From an uncultured delta proteobacterium (lineage in GTDB: Bacteria; Desulfobacterota; Binatia; DP-6): a stretch of 64,000 nucleotides of DNA. Positions 49,704 through 60,801 of this stretch are shown here, piece after piece (within the stretch, counting starts at the first letter, position 1; each line of letters begins with the position of its first letter). The stretch is from the NCBI GenBank assembly GCA_963815115.1, contig CAWFFN010000005.1:1472001-1536000 (forward strand), read 5' to 3'. The notes beneath the pieces are model-generated. The model saw only the letters and a list, made by a program, of their open reading frames with translations, was not told the origin of the DNA and did not search any database. A program made the translations under genes and the position numbers.

Positions 49704-52100
49704 GTGAAACGATCGCTCCGCTCCGTCTTGACGCTCGTAGTTCTTGCCGCAGTCCCCGCGGCGGCCGCGGATCTCGCCCGCTACATCCTGCCTCCCGGCA
49801 ACTTCGGCGGCTTGCCCGTCACCGTCAACTCGACGGACCAGCTTCCGCTCTATTCCGGTCTCTCGCCGCTGCGTGACAACATCACGGCAGCCGACATCGA
49901 CCACTTCTACCTTCCCGAGGACTTCACGCCGATCGAGCCGTCCCACGAGGAAGTGACCGGGCGGCCGGGACTTCGGCTCATCTACGACGCCTACGGCATC
50001 CCCCACGTCTACGGACAGACCCGGGAGGACGTCGCGTTCGGGGCCGGATGGACCACGGCGCGCGACCGCAGTCTCCTGATCCAGCTCGGCCGTGGCCCGG
50101 CGCGCGTCGCCGTCGCCGACGTGCCCAACATCGACGCCTTCTCGCTGGTCACCAGCCTCCAGACGTTCACGCCGAGCGCCCAGGCCGAAGCCCTGGTGAC
50201 GCGGCAGGCCCAGCTCCTGGTCGACACCTACGGCGCCAAGGGGCAGGAGGTCCTCAGCGACGCCCAGGCCTACGCCGACGGCATCAACGCCTACTGGGCG
50301 GCGAACGACGTCCACCAGCCGCCCGCGACCGTCAACGACGTCATCGCGGTGACGGCCTTCATCGGTTCGATCTTCGGCGCGGGTGGCGGCGGCGAGGCGG
50401 CCAATTCCAATCTGCTCGCCAAGCTCGAGCAGTCGCTCGGCGCCGACACGGGTCACCAGGCATGGGTCGACGTGATGCTGGCCGACGATCCCGAGGCCCC
50501 GACGACGATCAAGCGGAAGTACAAGTACGGGCCGTTGACCGGTGGCCCGGTGACCGGGTCGGTGGTGCTCGATCCCGATTCGATCCAGAGCATCGACCCG
50601 CGCCAGCCGGCCGCAGCGGCCGCCGCGGCACCCGCTCGCCGGCGCGCGTCGAACTTCCTGGTCGCGGCGCCATCGCGCTCGGCGTCGCACAACTCGCTCG
50701 CGGTCATGGGTCCGCAGCTCGGCTACTACTATCCGGAGATCGTCCAGCAGATCGATCTGCACGGTCCCGGGATCAACGCGCAGGGCGCCGCCGTGCCCGG
50801 CCTCGCCATGTACATCCTGATCGGCCGCACGCCGGATTACGCGTGGAGCCTCACCTCCGCCGGCCACGACGTCCGCGACGTGTACGCCGAGGAGCTCTGC
50901 GAGCCGGACGCCTCGCCGCCGACGCGGGCGTCGACGCACTACCTCTTCAACGGTGTGTGCCAGACGTTCGACACCTTCAACGCCGGCCTGCTCGGGAGCA
51001 CGCCGCTGATCTACAACGTCTCGGTGCACGGCCCCGTGTTCGCCACCGCCACCGTCGGCGGGAAGCTCTACGCCCTCTCGCGCCGGCGCTCGACGTTCGG
51101 GCGCGACTCCCTGAACCTCGCCGCGCTGAAGGACATGACGGAGGGGAAGGCGTCGAGTCCCGCACGCTTCTACCGTGCCGCGAACCAGTTCGGGTTCACC
51201 TTCAACTGGGCCTACGTCTCGCGCAAGAAGACGGCCTACTTCTCGTCCGGGTACCTTCCCAAGCGGCCGCGCGGGCTCGATCGGCGGCTGCCGACGCTCG
51301 GAACCGGGCAGTACGAGTGGGCGGGCTTTCTCAGTCAGAAGAAGCATCCGCACGACGTCAGCGGCCCCGACGGGCTGCTGCTCAACTGGAACAACCGCTC
51401 CGCCCCCGGGTTCATGCACGGAGACGACGAGCCCTACGGGTCCGTGCAGCGCGTGGAGATGTTCAACAAGTGGCCGGCGCACGCTCAGATCACCGACAAC
51501 GTCGGCATCATGAACCGCGCCGCCACGCAGGACGTGCGCTCACCGGTCTGGCCGGTCGTGAGCCGGGCGCTCCACATGAGCGCGGCTCCGAGTCCCCGCG
51601 ACCAGCAGGTGGTGGATATCCTCGACGACTGGGTCAGCCGCGACGCCCCGCGTCTCGATGCCGACGCCGACACGTTCTACGACGAGGCCGGGCCGGTGAT
51701 CATGGACGCGGTCTGGCGGCCGATCGCGAATGCGGTGATGTCTCCCGTGTTCGGCGCGCTCATCGGTGACCTGGACAACGTTCGCGACCTCGACGGCCTG
51801 GAGGGCGAGTCCTACGTGGACAAGGACCTCCGCACGCTGCTCGGTGACCCGGTGAAAGGTCCCTTCAGCCTCGCGTACTGCGGCCTCGGCTCGCTCATGC
51901 CGTGCGTCGATTCGCTCTGGCAGGCGATTCACGCGGCCGCCGACACGCTCACCGCGCAGCAGGGCCAGGTGGACCCGAGCCTGTGGCGGAAGACGGCGTC
52001 GCGGACGGGCTTCGTGCCGGGTGTCCTCCCGACCACGTTCCCGACGACCAACCGGCCGACGTTCCAGCAGGTGCTGGAGTTCGACCGCCAGGGTCCGTAG
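49704..52100 (+). CDS. Penicillin acylase-family Ntn hydrolase
   Basis: Signal peptide; YD.YGIPHVYG; beta-chain start ASN...SRS..; GPQLG; NWNN. Confidence 0.9.
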   Translation: MKRSLRSVLTLVVLAAVPAAAADLARYILPPGNFGGLPVTVNSTDQLPLYSGLSPLRDNITAADIDHFYLPEDFTPIEPSHEEVTGRPGLRLIYDAYGIPHVYGQTREDVAFGAGWTTARDRSLLIQLGRGPARVAVADVPNIDAFSLVTSLQTFTPSAQAEALVTRQAQLLVDTYGAKGQEVLSDAQAYADGINAYWAANDVHQPPATVNDVIAVTAFIGSIFGAGGGGEAANSNLLAKLEQSLGADTGHQAWVDVMLADDPEAPTTIKRKYKYGPLTGGPVTGSVVLDPDSIQSIDPRQPAAAAAAAPARRRASNFLVAAPSRSASHNSLAVMGPQLGYYYPEIVQQIDLHGPGINAQGAAVPGLAMYILIGRTPDYAWSLTSAGHDVRDVYAEELCEPDASPPTRASTHYLFNGVCQTFDTFNAGLLGSTPLIYNVSVHGPVFATATVGGKLYALSRRRSTFGRDSLNLAALKDMTEGKASSPARFYRAANQFGFTFNWAYVSRKKTAYFSSGYLPKRPRGLDRRLPTLGTGQYEWAGFLSQKKHPHDVSGPDGLLLNWNNRSAPGFMHGDDEPYGSVQRVEMFNKWPAHAQITDNVGIMNRAATQDVRSPVWPVVSRALHMSAAPSPRDQQVVDILDDWVSRDAPRLDADADTFYDEAGPVIMDAVWRPIANAVMSPVFGALIGDLDNVRDLDGLEGESYVDKDLRTLLGDPVKGPFSLAYCGLGSLMPCVDSLWQAIHAAADTLTAQQGQVDPSLWRKTASRTGFVPGVLPTTFPTTNRPTFQQVLEFDRQGP

Positions 52101-53256
52101 CACGGCCGCTCGCTACCCGACCGTAGGCTTGCTCGTATCGGACCTCGGGAAAGTCGCGCTCCAGGTCCTCCTGCAAGTAGCGTCGTGCGGCGGTGCGGGC
52201 CGCCTCGTCCGGGGCGAGGACGCTGTCGAAGAACGCCCCGACGGCGAGCTGTGCGATGAGGTGCTGTCGGACGGGACTCATCGCCGCGACCGGGGCCGGC
52301 GTCGTGCAGGGACGGGGAATCTCGGCCGGTACGACGAGACCCGCGTCCGGCCCGCCGAGCGCCGCGAGGGTGTCGCGGCCCCGCTGCAGGTCCAGCGTCC
52401 AGGAGAGCAGCCAGCACGCCTCGGTGTCGGCGTTCGGAAGGGCGCGCAGGATGCCGGTGGACTCGTCGGTGAAACCGACGTGGTTCCCGCCGTGGATCGT
52501 CACCAGCCGACCGTGGGGGACCCTCTCGAGGACCAGGGGTGCGTTCGTCGCGTAGTCGATCACGACGTCCTGGTCACCCGCGAGCATCAGAAACGGTACC
52601 GGAGCCCCTGCGAAGAAGCGGGCGCCGAAGATGGTCATCGGCCCGGCGAGCGAGACCACGGCCCGGATCCGCTCATCGCGGAGACGCGGATGATACGCGG
52701 CCAGCGTCGCCGTCATCCCACCCAGCGAGTGACCCATCACCCCGATGCGTCGTGGATCGATGGCGCCGTCGAACGGCCGCTCGCGCTCGTCCCAGGCGAG
52801 GACCCGGTCGATCAGGAAGGTCAGATCGCCCGGCTGATTCGCGACGTCGCCGATCGTCTTCCCGCGTGCCGTCCACCGGCGCGTCAATGGATGATCGGGC
52901 GCGGCCACCACGTAGCCACGCCGCGCGAGCCACTCCGCGAGATAGGTTCCGTCGCTGCGGGCGCCGAAGTAGCCGTGGCTGTACAGCACGAGTGGATGGG
53001 AGCCCGGCACGCCGCGCGGGAACCACACCGTCGTGACGAGCGTCCGCCGGGTCCCGGCCTTCGCGCCGTCGCGGGCGTCATTCGGGCGGGACGCATCGAC
53101 GAAGACGTAGTCGCGCCTCCCGACCTCGTAGCGTCCGGCGGCGACCCGCTCGGCGCTCGTCGAGTCGCGCGGCGGTCCATGCGGCGCGAGGGCACACGCA
53201 CTGGCCAGGACGAGAATTCCGAGCCGGCACGCCACCGCCCCGATCGTGGGCAGCAC
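51949..53256 (-). CDS. PAF-AH/chlorophyllase-like alpha/beta hydrolase lipoprotein
   Basis: Lipobox LASAC; PLVLYSHG, GYVVAAPDH, GHSLGG, GDQD, GGNH; 3' end uncertain (overlaps convergent gene). Confidence 0.85.
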   Translation of the reverse strand: MLPTIGAVACRLGILVLASACALAPHGPPRDSTSAERVAAGRYEVGRRDYVFVDASRPNDARDGAKAGTRRTLVTTVWFPRGVPGSHPLVLYSHGYFGARSDGTYLAEWLARRGYVVAAPDHPLTRRWTARGKTIGDVANQPGDLTFLIDRVLAWDERERPFDGAIDPRRIGVMGHSLGGMTATLAAYHPRLRDERIRAVVSLAGPMTIFGARFFAGAPVPFLMLAGDQDVVIDYATNAPLVLERVPHGRLVTIHGGNHVGFTDESTGILRALPNADTEACWLLSWTLDLQRGRDTLAALGGPDAGLVVPAEIPRPCTTPAPVAAMSPVRQHLIAQLAVGAFFDSVLAPDEAARTAARRYLQEDLERDFPEVRYEQAYGRVASGRATDPGGRTPAPAGTSAGWSSGTWSGGHPARSPSATPSSATGSGPPGPAAR

Positions 53257-53296
53257 TGCCCGATCGCTGGCGTACCGGCTGCTCCGTCTCACGCCG

Positions 53297-54130
53297 CTAG
53301 GTCCGCTTCGACGTCTCCGCTTCCCCGGCGGACAGCACCTCGCGCGCTCGTCGTACCAGTGCCACCATCGCGCGGCGCGCGTCGTCCGGCGTCGCGATCG
53401 GCTCCGGGAACGGCAGCCGGATCGGCCGCGGCCCACGGCCGGTCTGCGCCGACATCTCGAAGCCGTAGCGATCGACCCCGGTCATGGTTGCGGCGGTGGT
53501 GTCGGTCGCGCGCGTGAGCGCCCGGCAGAAGGCGATCATCGCGTCCGCGTGGTCCGCGTTCATGTGCTCGATGATCGCGCTCGCGTGGGGCGCGATGGGG
53601 TCGGGCTGGCCGCCGCGCCAGTCGGCGAGGTCGACCCAGGACATGCGCCCGTAGCCGCCGATGTAGCGCACGCTCTCGACGTCGAGGCGCCAGAAGGCGA
53701 AGTCCGAGTAGTCGACGTAGTAGGCGGCGTTCGGATGCGCGGACAGGTAGGCGTCCTTGGTGACGTCGCGCTCGGGCCCGTCGGAGAGCACGCGCGCGTG
53801 GCCGAGCAGCGTGACGCGCCCCTTCGCCAGCGGATCGCCGTCGCCGCTCTCGGCGACGAGCAGGGAGGCACGCGCATCCGCCCGCAGGTTCTTCGTGTGC
53901 TCGGCGAGCTCGCTGATGAAGAACACGGGCGATGGACCGTCCATGGCGAACGTCACGAGCGAGCCGTAGGGGGCGCCCGCCGGATCGGTGGCGATGGTAC
54001 ACAGCGTCCCGGTGCGGATCGCGGCGGCGAGGGTGCGCGCTCGCTCGCCATGGGTCGGCGTGGGAACGTCGATGTCGTACAGCGGCTGCTCGCCGTTGCC
54101 CTGGGGGCGCAGGTGGGCGTCCTTGCTCAT
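53297..54130 (-). CDS. HugZ-like pyridoxamine 5'-phosphate oxidase family protein with DUF2470
   Basis: PYGSLV, ISELAEHTKNL..D.RASLL, IGGYGRMSW, IIEHMNADH, GVDRYGF. Confidence 0.9.
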   Translation of the reverse strand: MSKDAHLRPQGNGEQPLYDIDVPTPTHGERARTLAAAIRTGTLCTIATDPAGAPYGSLVTFAMDGPSPVFFISELAEHTKNLRADARASLLVAESGDGDPLAKGRVTLLGHARVLSDGPERDVTKDAYLSAHPNAAYYVDYSDFAFWRLDVESVRYIGGYGRMSWVDLADWRGGQPDPIAPHASAIIEHMNADHADAMIAFCRALTRATDTTAATMTGVDRYGFEMSAQTGRGPRPIRLPFPEPIATPDDARRAMVALVRRAREVLSAGEAETSKRT

Positions 54131-54243
54131 CCGTCGAATCCTCCACCCGAGATATAGCCCGATGGCTTGCTCGACTGCGACCGCCCGACCGCTGCACGCT
54201 GGGAGGGACGTCGAGCGTCGCGGTCTGGCGGTAGGTCCACCGA

Positions 54244-54666
54244 TCACTCGGCGATCGTCTGCCCGGAGCCCCCGAACTCCTTCGGAAAGTCCTTCAGCTT
54301 CGGCAGGCCGTCCTTCATGGGCAGCACGGTCTCGGCATAGTTCACGTGTACGCCGGGCACGAATTCGAGCGTCGGGACCGTTGCGGCGAAAACGTCGACC
54401 AGGCCGAGGGGCGGATGGTTGGCCATCAGGTGGCCGCCACACTTGGCGCAGTATTGCCGCTGGCTGAGCGGTGTTTTCTGGAAGGTCGCGATATGCTCGG
54501 CGCCCGACGTGACCCGCACGGCGTCCGGCTTCCACAGGCTGAAGGCGTTCACCGGACCGCCGGACCACGAACGGCAAGACCGGCAATGGCAATAGCCCAT
54601 GGCCTCGGGCGTCCCGGTGACCTCGAGCCTGATCGCACCGCAGAAGCAGCTTCCCTCGTGAGTCAT
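54244..54666 (-). CDS. GFA (glutathione-dependent formaldehyde-activating) family protein
   Basis: GSCFCG, CHCRSCR, YCAKCG. Confidence 0.93.
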   Translation of the reverse strand: MTHEGSCFCGAIRLEVTGTPEAMGYCHCRSCRSWSGGPVNAFSLWKPDAVRVTSGAEHIATFQKTPLSQRQYCAKCGGHLMANHPPLGLVDVFAATVPTLEFVPGVHVNYAETVLPMKDGLPKLKDFPKEFGGSGQTIAE

Positions 54667-54939
54667 CGCTCACCTCCCGTTGCTCGATCTTGCGTTTCAG
54701 CAGCAGCCGACACCGATCGAGGATGCAATTCAGCCGGATTCGCGGCGCCTTGGAAAGGGTCCGTCAATCCCCGAAGAATGGCAAGGCTCTCGACCCGGTA
54801 TGTCGCGCGTGGAGCATGCCAGCATGCGATCTGGCCGAACGCGTTGCGACGCTCGGGCAAGTATGGGACATCCGCTGCGTTCTCGGCGCACTGTGATCCG
54901 GGGGCGCCGAGTGCCGGGGGCACGAGGGAGACGAAGAGC

Positions 54940-57900
54940 ATGGAGGAACGCCGGAGCGCGGTGCGCCCGACGGTCGAGATCGCGCTGGTGGTCGGTGCGA
55001 TCGTCATGGCAGCCGGCCTCGCCCACGCCGTGGTGACCTGTCCCTCCGGCGGCAGCGCCTCGCTGCCCCAGGGCGGCGACGGGCAGGACCTGGAGGTCAC
55101 GGGGACGTGCACCGTGGGCGCGGGAGAGTACTCCTACGGCAACGTCAACGTCTTCGGCACCGACAAGGTGCCGGCCACCCTCAGGTTCCGGGATGCGAAG
55201 ATCACGTTCTCGGCACGCTCGATCCTGGTCGAGAACAATGGCTTTCTGCTCGCCGGCTGGTCGTCGGCGATGGGAAAACCCCGACCCATCGGCACCAGGG
55301 CTGGCTCGCGGCTCACCATCCGGCTGTACGGAGCCGACGGCGACCGGCCGATAGAGTGCAAGTCGTCGCCGACGTGCGGCGTCGATCCGGCGGTCTGGAA
55401 CGCGAACGCCGATCCGACGAAGCCGCCCGTCGAGTCCATGCTCCCGGGCGGCTCGGACTTCTTCTACAACTACGCCGTCATGCCCGTCACCGAGGGCAAG
55501 CCCTCGACGCCGAGCTATTTCGGCTCCAAGGTGCTCGCGGTTTCCTACGGCGGCACGCTGAGGATCTTCGGCAGGCGCGGTGCGCTGTACGGTCACGGTG
55601 ACGCCAATCCGGCCAACTCGGGACGGAGCTGGCAGCGGCTCGACGGGTCGATCGCACCCGGCGACGAAACGCTGGTGGTCGACGGCGTGGTCGACTGGCG
55701 CGAAGGCGATCACATCGTCGTCACCACCACGGACTACCTGCCGGGGCACTCCGAGGAGCTGATCATCACCGGGACGATCGTGAATGTGGCGAAGAAGCGG
55801 ACGAAGATCCACTTCACGAAGGACACGTGTCCGCCGGGTGATTCGCCATCGTGCGGCGTCAAGTACCATCACTGGGGAGAGCAGTATTCGCTGGGCAACA
55901 AGCAGCATCCGGGAATCGGCCGGCTGGACCTCGAGATCGACTCCGTGGACACCCGCGCGGCGGTGGCGCTACTCACTCGCAGCGTGCGGATCGTCTCGGC
56001 CGGCGACACGCGCGATATGGATTTCCCGCCCGCCGCCTCCGGCTACCAGTACGGCGGTCACACGATGGTCCGGCAGGGATTCAAGGCGTACCAGATGCAG
56101 GGCGTGGAGTTCCATCAGCTGGGGCAGGGCGGACGCCTCGGCCACTATCCCGTTCACTTCCACATGGTCCGGAACACGCCGAGCGACACCTTCGTAAAGG
56201 ACTGCTCGATTCACGACTCGATGACCCGGTGGATAACGCTGCACGCAACGCAGGGCGTCCTGCTGGCGCGCAACGTCGGATACATGTCCATCGGGCACGG
56301 CTACTACATCGAGGACGGCACGGAGACCGACAACAAGCTGTACTCGAACATCGGCATCCTCGCCCGCGCCGCGGTCGACAACGTCCAGAATCCTCGCAAG
56401 GTTCCCGGGATTCTCTCGGCGGCGTTCACGGATCATCAGTACAACTCGCCGTACCACTCCGACTCCGAGACCCCCACGGTGTTCTGGATCATGAACGGGT
56501 GGAACGACTTCCAGTACAACTTCGCGGCGGGCGCGGGGAGCTGCGGCGCCTGCTACTGGCTGACCCCGGGCTACAACAGCGGGATCGAGAACTCGTTCTC
56601 CTGCTACAATCCGGCGACCGGGCAGCGCGGCGCGGCGTGCCTCAACCAGCCGCCCCCGCCACCACCCGCACAATCGGAGTGCGAAACATCGAACGGCGCC
56701 GGCTTCATCTGCGCGCCGTACTCCAAGATGGCGTGGAAGGGCTACCCATCGATGCAGAGCAATCTGGGGCGCGCGGGGATGACGCCGCTCATGAACTTCG
56801 TCGGCAACACGTGCACGTCGGCGATGAACTCGTTCCAGACGGTCGGCCAGTTCGCCGCCTGCAACGGCGTCGCGCCCCTCACCGGCCCGGACGACAAGGA
56901 GCACCTGGCGCCCATCCCGAACCCGCTCGCGCCGCCCGTGCAGGGCAACATCGACCTGGAGGTGTACTATCCGCGCGTGCTCGCCGGCGCGTCGCGTCCG
57001 GCGACCCGGTGCGGCGCCGATCCGGCGAAGGTGGCGGATCTCGATTGCGGGAACGACGCCATGTTCCTCAAGTGCGCCGCCAACGGGCCGCCTCCGCTGC
57101 CACCTCCCGCCAATCAACCGATCACCAACTGCATGGTCACGGTGCTCGACCGCTACACCTCGTCGTTCACCTGGGCCGACACGAACTTCGCGGCGGTGTG
57201 GCTGCGGCAGTTCTGGTTCGTCCTGTCGAACAGCGCGATCACCGACGTGCAGAACGGCGGCATCACCTTCGTGACCGGCGGCGACTACACGCGGTCCTCG
57301 GTCATCGACGGGGTCTGGTCGGTGGCGGCGAAGAGCGCCTTCGTGGGCCGGACCCAGCCGGACGTGAGCGAGGACCAGAAGGCAAATCCGTACGCGGCGG
57401 ACGTCGGCCCGTTCAACCCGCAGTCGAAGCTGCAGTGCCCGATCAACGACCCCACGCTGAACGCCCTGCCGAATCACTGCATCGCCGCGGACGACGGGGT
57501 CGACTTCGAGGTCGCGAACTTCGCCACCAACCAGCGGCTGTTCAGCATCTACGACGGACCCTCCTACCAGGACTCCAACGCCTACCTGGACATCGTGCCG
57601 ACGAGGCTCCCGGACCTCGCGTCGCAGTGCCAGCCGACTCAAGGCAACTCCTGTCCCGCTGCGATGAAGCTGTACGGCCGGCTCGGAGGGATGCCGAAGG
57701 ACGCCACCAACGCATGCTATCTCCCGAACGCCGCGATCGGGTGGAAGCAGCCGAACGGGTTCTTCTATCCACCTGCGTTCCACTCGCAGAACCTCTACTT
57801 CGACAACGCGGCGATCCGGCACTTCGTGATCCAGCCGGAGTTCATGCCCGGGACGTTCAACACCGACCCGACGCGCGTGACGGCTCGCTACTGCACGTAT

Positions 57901-59133
57901 CCGACGCCGGCGGATCCCTCCTTCGGCCTCTTCCAGGGGTTCACCGACGTCGATCGACAGACGGTGCTCAACGACGACGACGGCTCGCTCACCGGGCTGA
58001 TCGCGAATCCGGGCGGCGCGAAGGGGGCGGAGCGCGAGACCATCTCGGTGAACTTCGACAGCTATTTCGACGCGCCCATCGAAGCGGTCGAGTGCGGCTC
58101 CGACGTCGCCAACCCCCCGGCGGACTTTCCGGCGGGCACGGCGAAGACGAGTCCGTACGAGTACCTGACGACCGCCGTCTATCCCGCCTGCGCCCGGTTG
58201 AACGGTCCGCAGCCGCCGGAGACCGAGCCGGCTTGCGGGTATCGCCTGCCGACCGACCCGGTGACGCCGGAGCCGCTCCAGAACCCGAACTGGTGGAGCG
58301 ACTGCACCACCGGCACGTGCTACGGCGTCCCGCTGTTCCGGCAGGGGCTGACCAGCGCGGAGCATTTCGACGGGACGCAGGCGATCCGGATGATGGGCGC
58401 GAACCTCTGGCAGCGGAGCACGCTGACGGCGAACAACGGCGTCTACTACATGGACACGGCCGCCGGCCCCACCAAGCAGGCGGGCAGCCCGAACAAGAAC
58501 ATCTTCGAGGCCGGCCACACGTACTACGTCATCCTGGTCTACGCGACGCCGACCACGCATCAGGTCTACCAGCTCTACGTCGGCAAGGGTCTCGCGCCGG
58601 ACTACCCCGTGAAGAGCGTCTTCCTGACGCGCGCGTTTCCCGGCCAGAGCCATTTCCAGTTCACCGACGATCGGGTCACCTGGCCGCAGGGATGGCTGCG
58701 TGAGTACGATCCCGGCACGGGCATCCTGCAAGTCACGGTCGACATGGGGTTCGACACGTTCAAGACGGAGTTTGCCAGGGCGCAGCGGGACTTCTGCCAG
58801 CCGGCCAGCTTCTGCACGCTCGGCAAGAAGGGCTGCCAGTGCAACGAGGACGGAGCGTTCACGAAGATCTGCAACGACAACGACATCTGCGCTCGATGGG
58901 CGGGCAAGGACATCGACTGGCCGGACGGTGGCGTGTACGGCTTCGGGGTGACGTTTCCGCCTCCGCCCGACTTCGTCCCGGACGACCAGGACCACCGGCC
59001 GGTGGTCCCGCCGGCCGGATGTCTCCGGCAAAGTGCCCCGGGCTGGAACGCCCCCCTGATCCGCGCAAAGCAACAGCTGCTGGGCGCGTGCGCGGACACG
59101 CCCATTCCGCCGGCGCAGTTCTGCGGAGGATAG
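54940..59133 (+). CDS. Secreted G8-domain/beta-helix protein, CEMIP/TMEM2/fibrocystin-like
   Basis: W..GD.IV.TTTDY...SEE, VALLTRSVRI, GGH.M, GQ..RLGHYPVHFH, SIHDS..RW.T.H.T, GHGYYIEDG.E..N. Confidence 0.85.
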   Translation: MEERRSAVRPTVEIALVVGAIVMAAGLAHAVVTCPSGGSASLPQGGDGQDLEVTGTCTVGAGEYSYGNVNVFGTDKVPATLRFRDAKITFSARSILVENNGFLLAGWSSAMGKPRPIGTRAGSRLTIRLYGADGDRPIECKSSPTCGVDPAVWNANADPTKPPVESMLPGGSDFFYNYAVMPVTEGKPSTPSYFGSKVLAVSYGGTLRIFGRRGALYGHGDANPANSGRSWQRLDGSIAPGDETLVVDGVVDWREGDHIVVTTTDYLPGHSEELIITGTIVNVAKKRTKIHFTKDTCPPGDSPSCGVKYHHWGEQYSLGNKQHPGIGRLDLEIDSVDTRAAVALLTRSVRIVSAGDTRDMDFPPAASGYQYGGHTMVRQGFKAYQMQGVEFHQLGQGGRLGHYPVHFHMVRNTPSDTFVKDCSIHDSMTRWITLHATQGVLLARNVGYMSIGHGYYIEDGTETDNKLYSNIGILARAAVDNVQNPRKVPGILSAAFTDHQYNSPYHSDSETPTVFWIMNGWNDFQYNFAAGAGSCGACYWLTPGYNSGIENSFSCYNPATGQRGAACLNQPPPPPPAQSECETSNGAGFICAPYSKMAWKGYPSMQSNLGRAGMTPLMNFVGNTCTSAMNSFQTVGQFAACNGVAPLTGPDDKEHLAPIPNPLAPPVQGNIDLEVYYPRVLAGASRPATRCGADPAKVADLDCGNDAMFLKCAANGPPPLPPPANQPITNCMVTVLDRYTSSFTWADTNFAAVWLRQFWFVLSNSAITDVQNGGITFVTGGDYTRSSVIDGVWSVAAKSAFVGRTQPDVSEDQKANPYAADVGPFNPQSKLQCPINDPTLNALPNHCIAADDGVDFEVANFATNQRLFSIYDGPSYQDSNAYLDIVPTRLPDLASQCQPTQGNSCPAAMKLYGRLGGMPKDATNACYLPNAAIGWKQPNGFFYPPAFHSQNLYFDNAAIRHFVIQPEFMPGTFNTDPTRVTARYCTYPTPADPSFGLFQGFTDVDRQTVLNDDDGSLTGLIANPGGAKGAERETISVNFDSYFDAPIEAVECGSDVANPPADFPAGTAKTSPYEYLTTAVYPACARLNGPQPPETEPACGYRLPTDPVTPEPLQNPNWWSDCTTGTCYGVPLFRQGLTSAEHFDGTQAIRMMGANLWQRSTLTANNGVYYMDTAAGPTKQAGSPNKNIFEAGHTYYVILVYATPTTHQVYQLYVGKGLAPDYPVKSVFLTRAFPGQSHFQFTDDRVTWPQGWLREYDPGTGILQVTVDMGFDTFKTEFARAQRDFCQPASFCTLGKKGCQCNEDGAFTKICNDNDICARWAGKDIDWPDGGVYGFGVTFPPPPDFVPDDQDHRPVVPPAGCLRQSAPGWNAPLIRAKQQLLGACADTPIPPAQFCGG

Positions 59134-59324
59134 GGTGGGGTCGGCGACGGCCGCGGCGCGGCTGCAGGCCCTCGGTGAGCGTTCGGACGGCGCCACGCCG
59201 TAGCCGTGAGCCGTTCGAGTCGCCAGAGGGACAGGTCAGGCAATTCAGTTGACCCCGATGGCGGGCTCGGTGGTAGTCTCCCGCCCGCCTCGGCCCGACG
59301 CCGATGCTGAACGGGGGGGAATCG

Positions 59325-60763
59325 ATGACGCGCGGCCTGCTGCTCCTGGCGTTCCTCGTGCTGCCCGCACTTCCGCTCGCTCATTCGGCCGACCAGACAG
59401 TCCGCGGGAACACGCTGGTCGTCAAGGATCCCGGCACATCCGCCAAGCGCAAGATCACCGTCAAGGCGAAGGAAACCGCGAGCGACGACACGCTGGTTGG
59501 CGACCCGACCACGAGCGGCGCGACCGTCACGATCACCGCCAATGGCGCAACCCCGACCAGCCAGACGTTCACGCTGCCGGCCGGCGTGAGCGCCATCACG
59601 CAGAAGCTCTTCTGGAGCGGGGACGCGGTGAAGGGGTTCAAGTACAAGGATACGAAGGGCGAGCACGGTCCCGTGAAGAGCGCCCAGATCAAGCTCAAGG
59701 GTGGGACCTTCCAGATCCAGGTCGCGATCGACGGCAAGGGGGGTGCGGTGGACGTCGTGCCGCCGAATCCCGGCTCGGATGGCTGCGTGTTCCTCACCAT
59801 CGGCGGGGGAGACGCGTACAGCATCCAGTTCGCGACCGGTCAGGTGACCAACAAGGGACCCGGGCTCTTCAAGGTCGCGAAGCCGACCGGCGAGGGCTCG
59901 TGCGCGCCGACACGACGACCACGACGACCACGACGACCACCTCTTCCACGACGACGACCACCCTGGGCCTTCCCTTCATCCCGCCGCCCGGGGACGCGCC
60001 GCTGCGCTATCGTGACGCGGTGTTCGGCATGGTGAGCACCAGCAGCGACGTCGTCTACGGGAGCGCGACGAACATCGCAGGGCAGACGATCACGCTGCGT
60101 TTCGATCTGTACGAGCCCACCGGCGACACGGTGACGGAGCGGCCCGCCATCGTCTGGGTCCACGGAGGCTCGTTCTCTTCTGGCGACAAGACCTCGCCGG
60201 AGCTGGTCGACGAGGCAAACACGTTTGCGGAGAAGGGCTACGTGAACGCGTCGATCAACTATCGCCTGGAGCCCGGAGGGTGCTCGGCCGGAGCACCGAC
60301 CGCGGACTGCGTCACGGCCATCCAGGAGGCGCAGGCGGACGCACAGACCGCGGTGCGGTTCCTGCGCACGAACGCGGCGACCTACGGGATCGACCCGGGT
60401 CGCATCGCGATCGGCGGCTCGAGCGCCGGCGCGATCACGGCGCTCAACGTGGGGTTCCGCTCCAGCGAGGATCCGACGGCGGCGGTCGGCGCCGCGGTGT
60501 CCCTCTCGGGTGCGGCCCTGTTCGTCGCGATCGACTCGGGCGACGCCCCGAGCCTGCTGTTCCACGGCACGGCGGACGTGGTCGTGCCGTATCAGTGGGC
60601 GGTGGGCACCCAGAACGGGGCGCTGGCCGCAGGCCTCGACTGCTTCCTCACGTCCTGGACCGGCGCCGGGCACGTCCCGTACGTGCAGCACCGCAGCGAG
60701 ATCCTCGACCAGACCACGAACTTCCTGTACTGGGAGCTCGATCTGTCCAACGCGGCGCACTGA
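59325..60763 (+). CDS. Secreted carboxylesterase (beta-rich N-domain, Thr linker, alpha/beta hydrolase), frameshift near 59905
   Basis: Signal peptide; HGGSF, GGSSAGA, HGTAD, GAGH. Confidence 0.85.
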
Positions 60764-60765
60764 CA

Positions 60766-60790
60766 TCGCCGGCACGCGAGGTGCCGGCGA
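60766..60790. terminator. Stem-loop between convergent genes
   Basis: TCGCCGGCAC-GCGAG-GTGCCGGCGA. Confidence 0.55.
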
Positions 60791-60801
60791 CGCCAGGTTG
60801 T

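Noticed and set aside
55969-59196. 1075-aa antisense ORF, and similar long shadow ORFs (e.g. 26482-29031, 46694-49060)
   Set aside because: Antisense shadows of real genes, expected at this GC content; no motifs.
59895-59965. Phase variation at the ACGACGACC repeats in the esterase
   Set aside because: A 9-bp unit cannot shift frame; a single-base read error just before the Thr linker is simpler.
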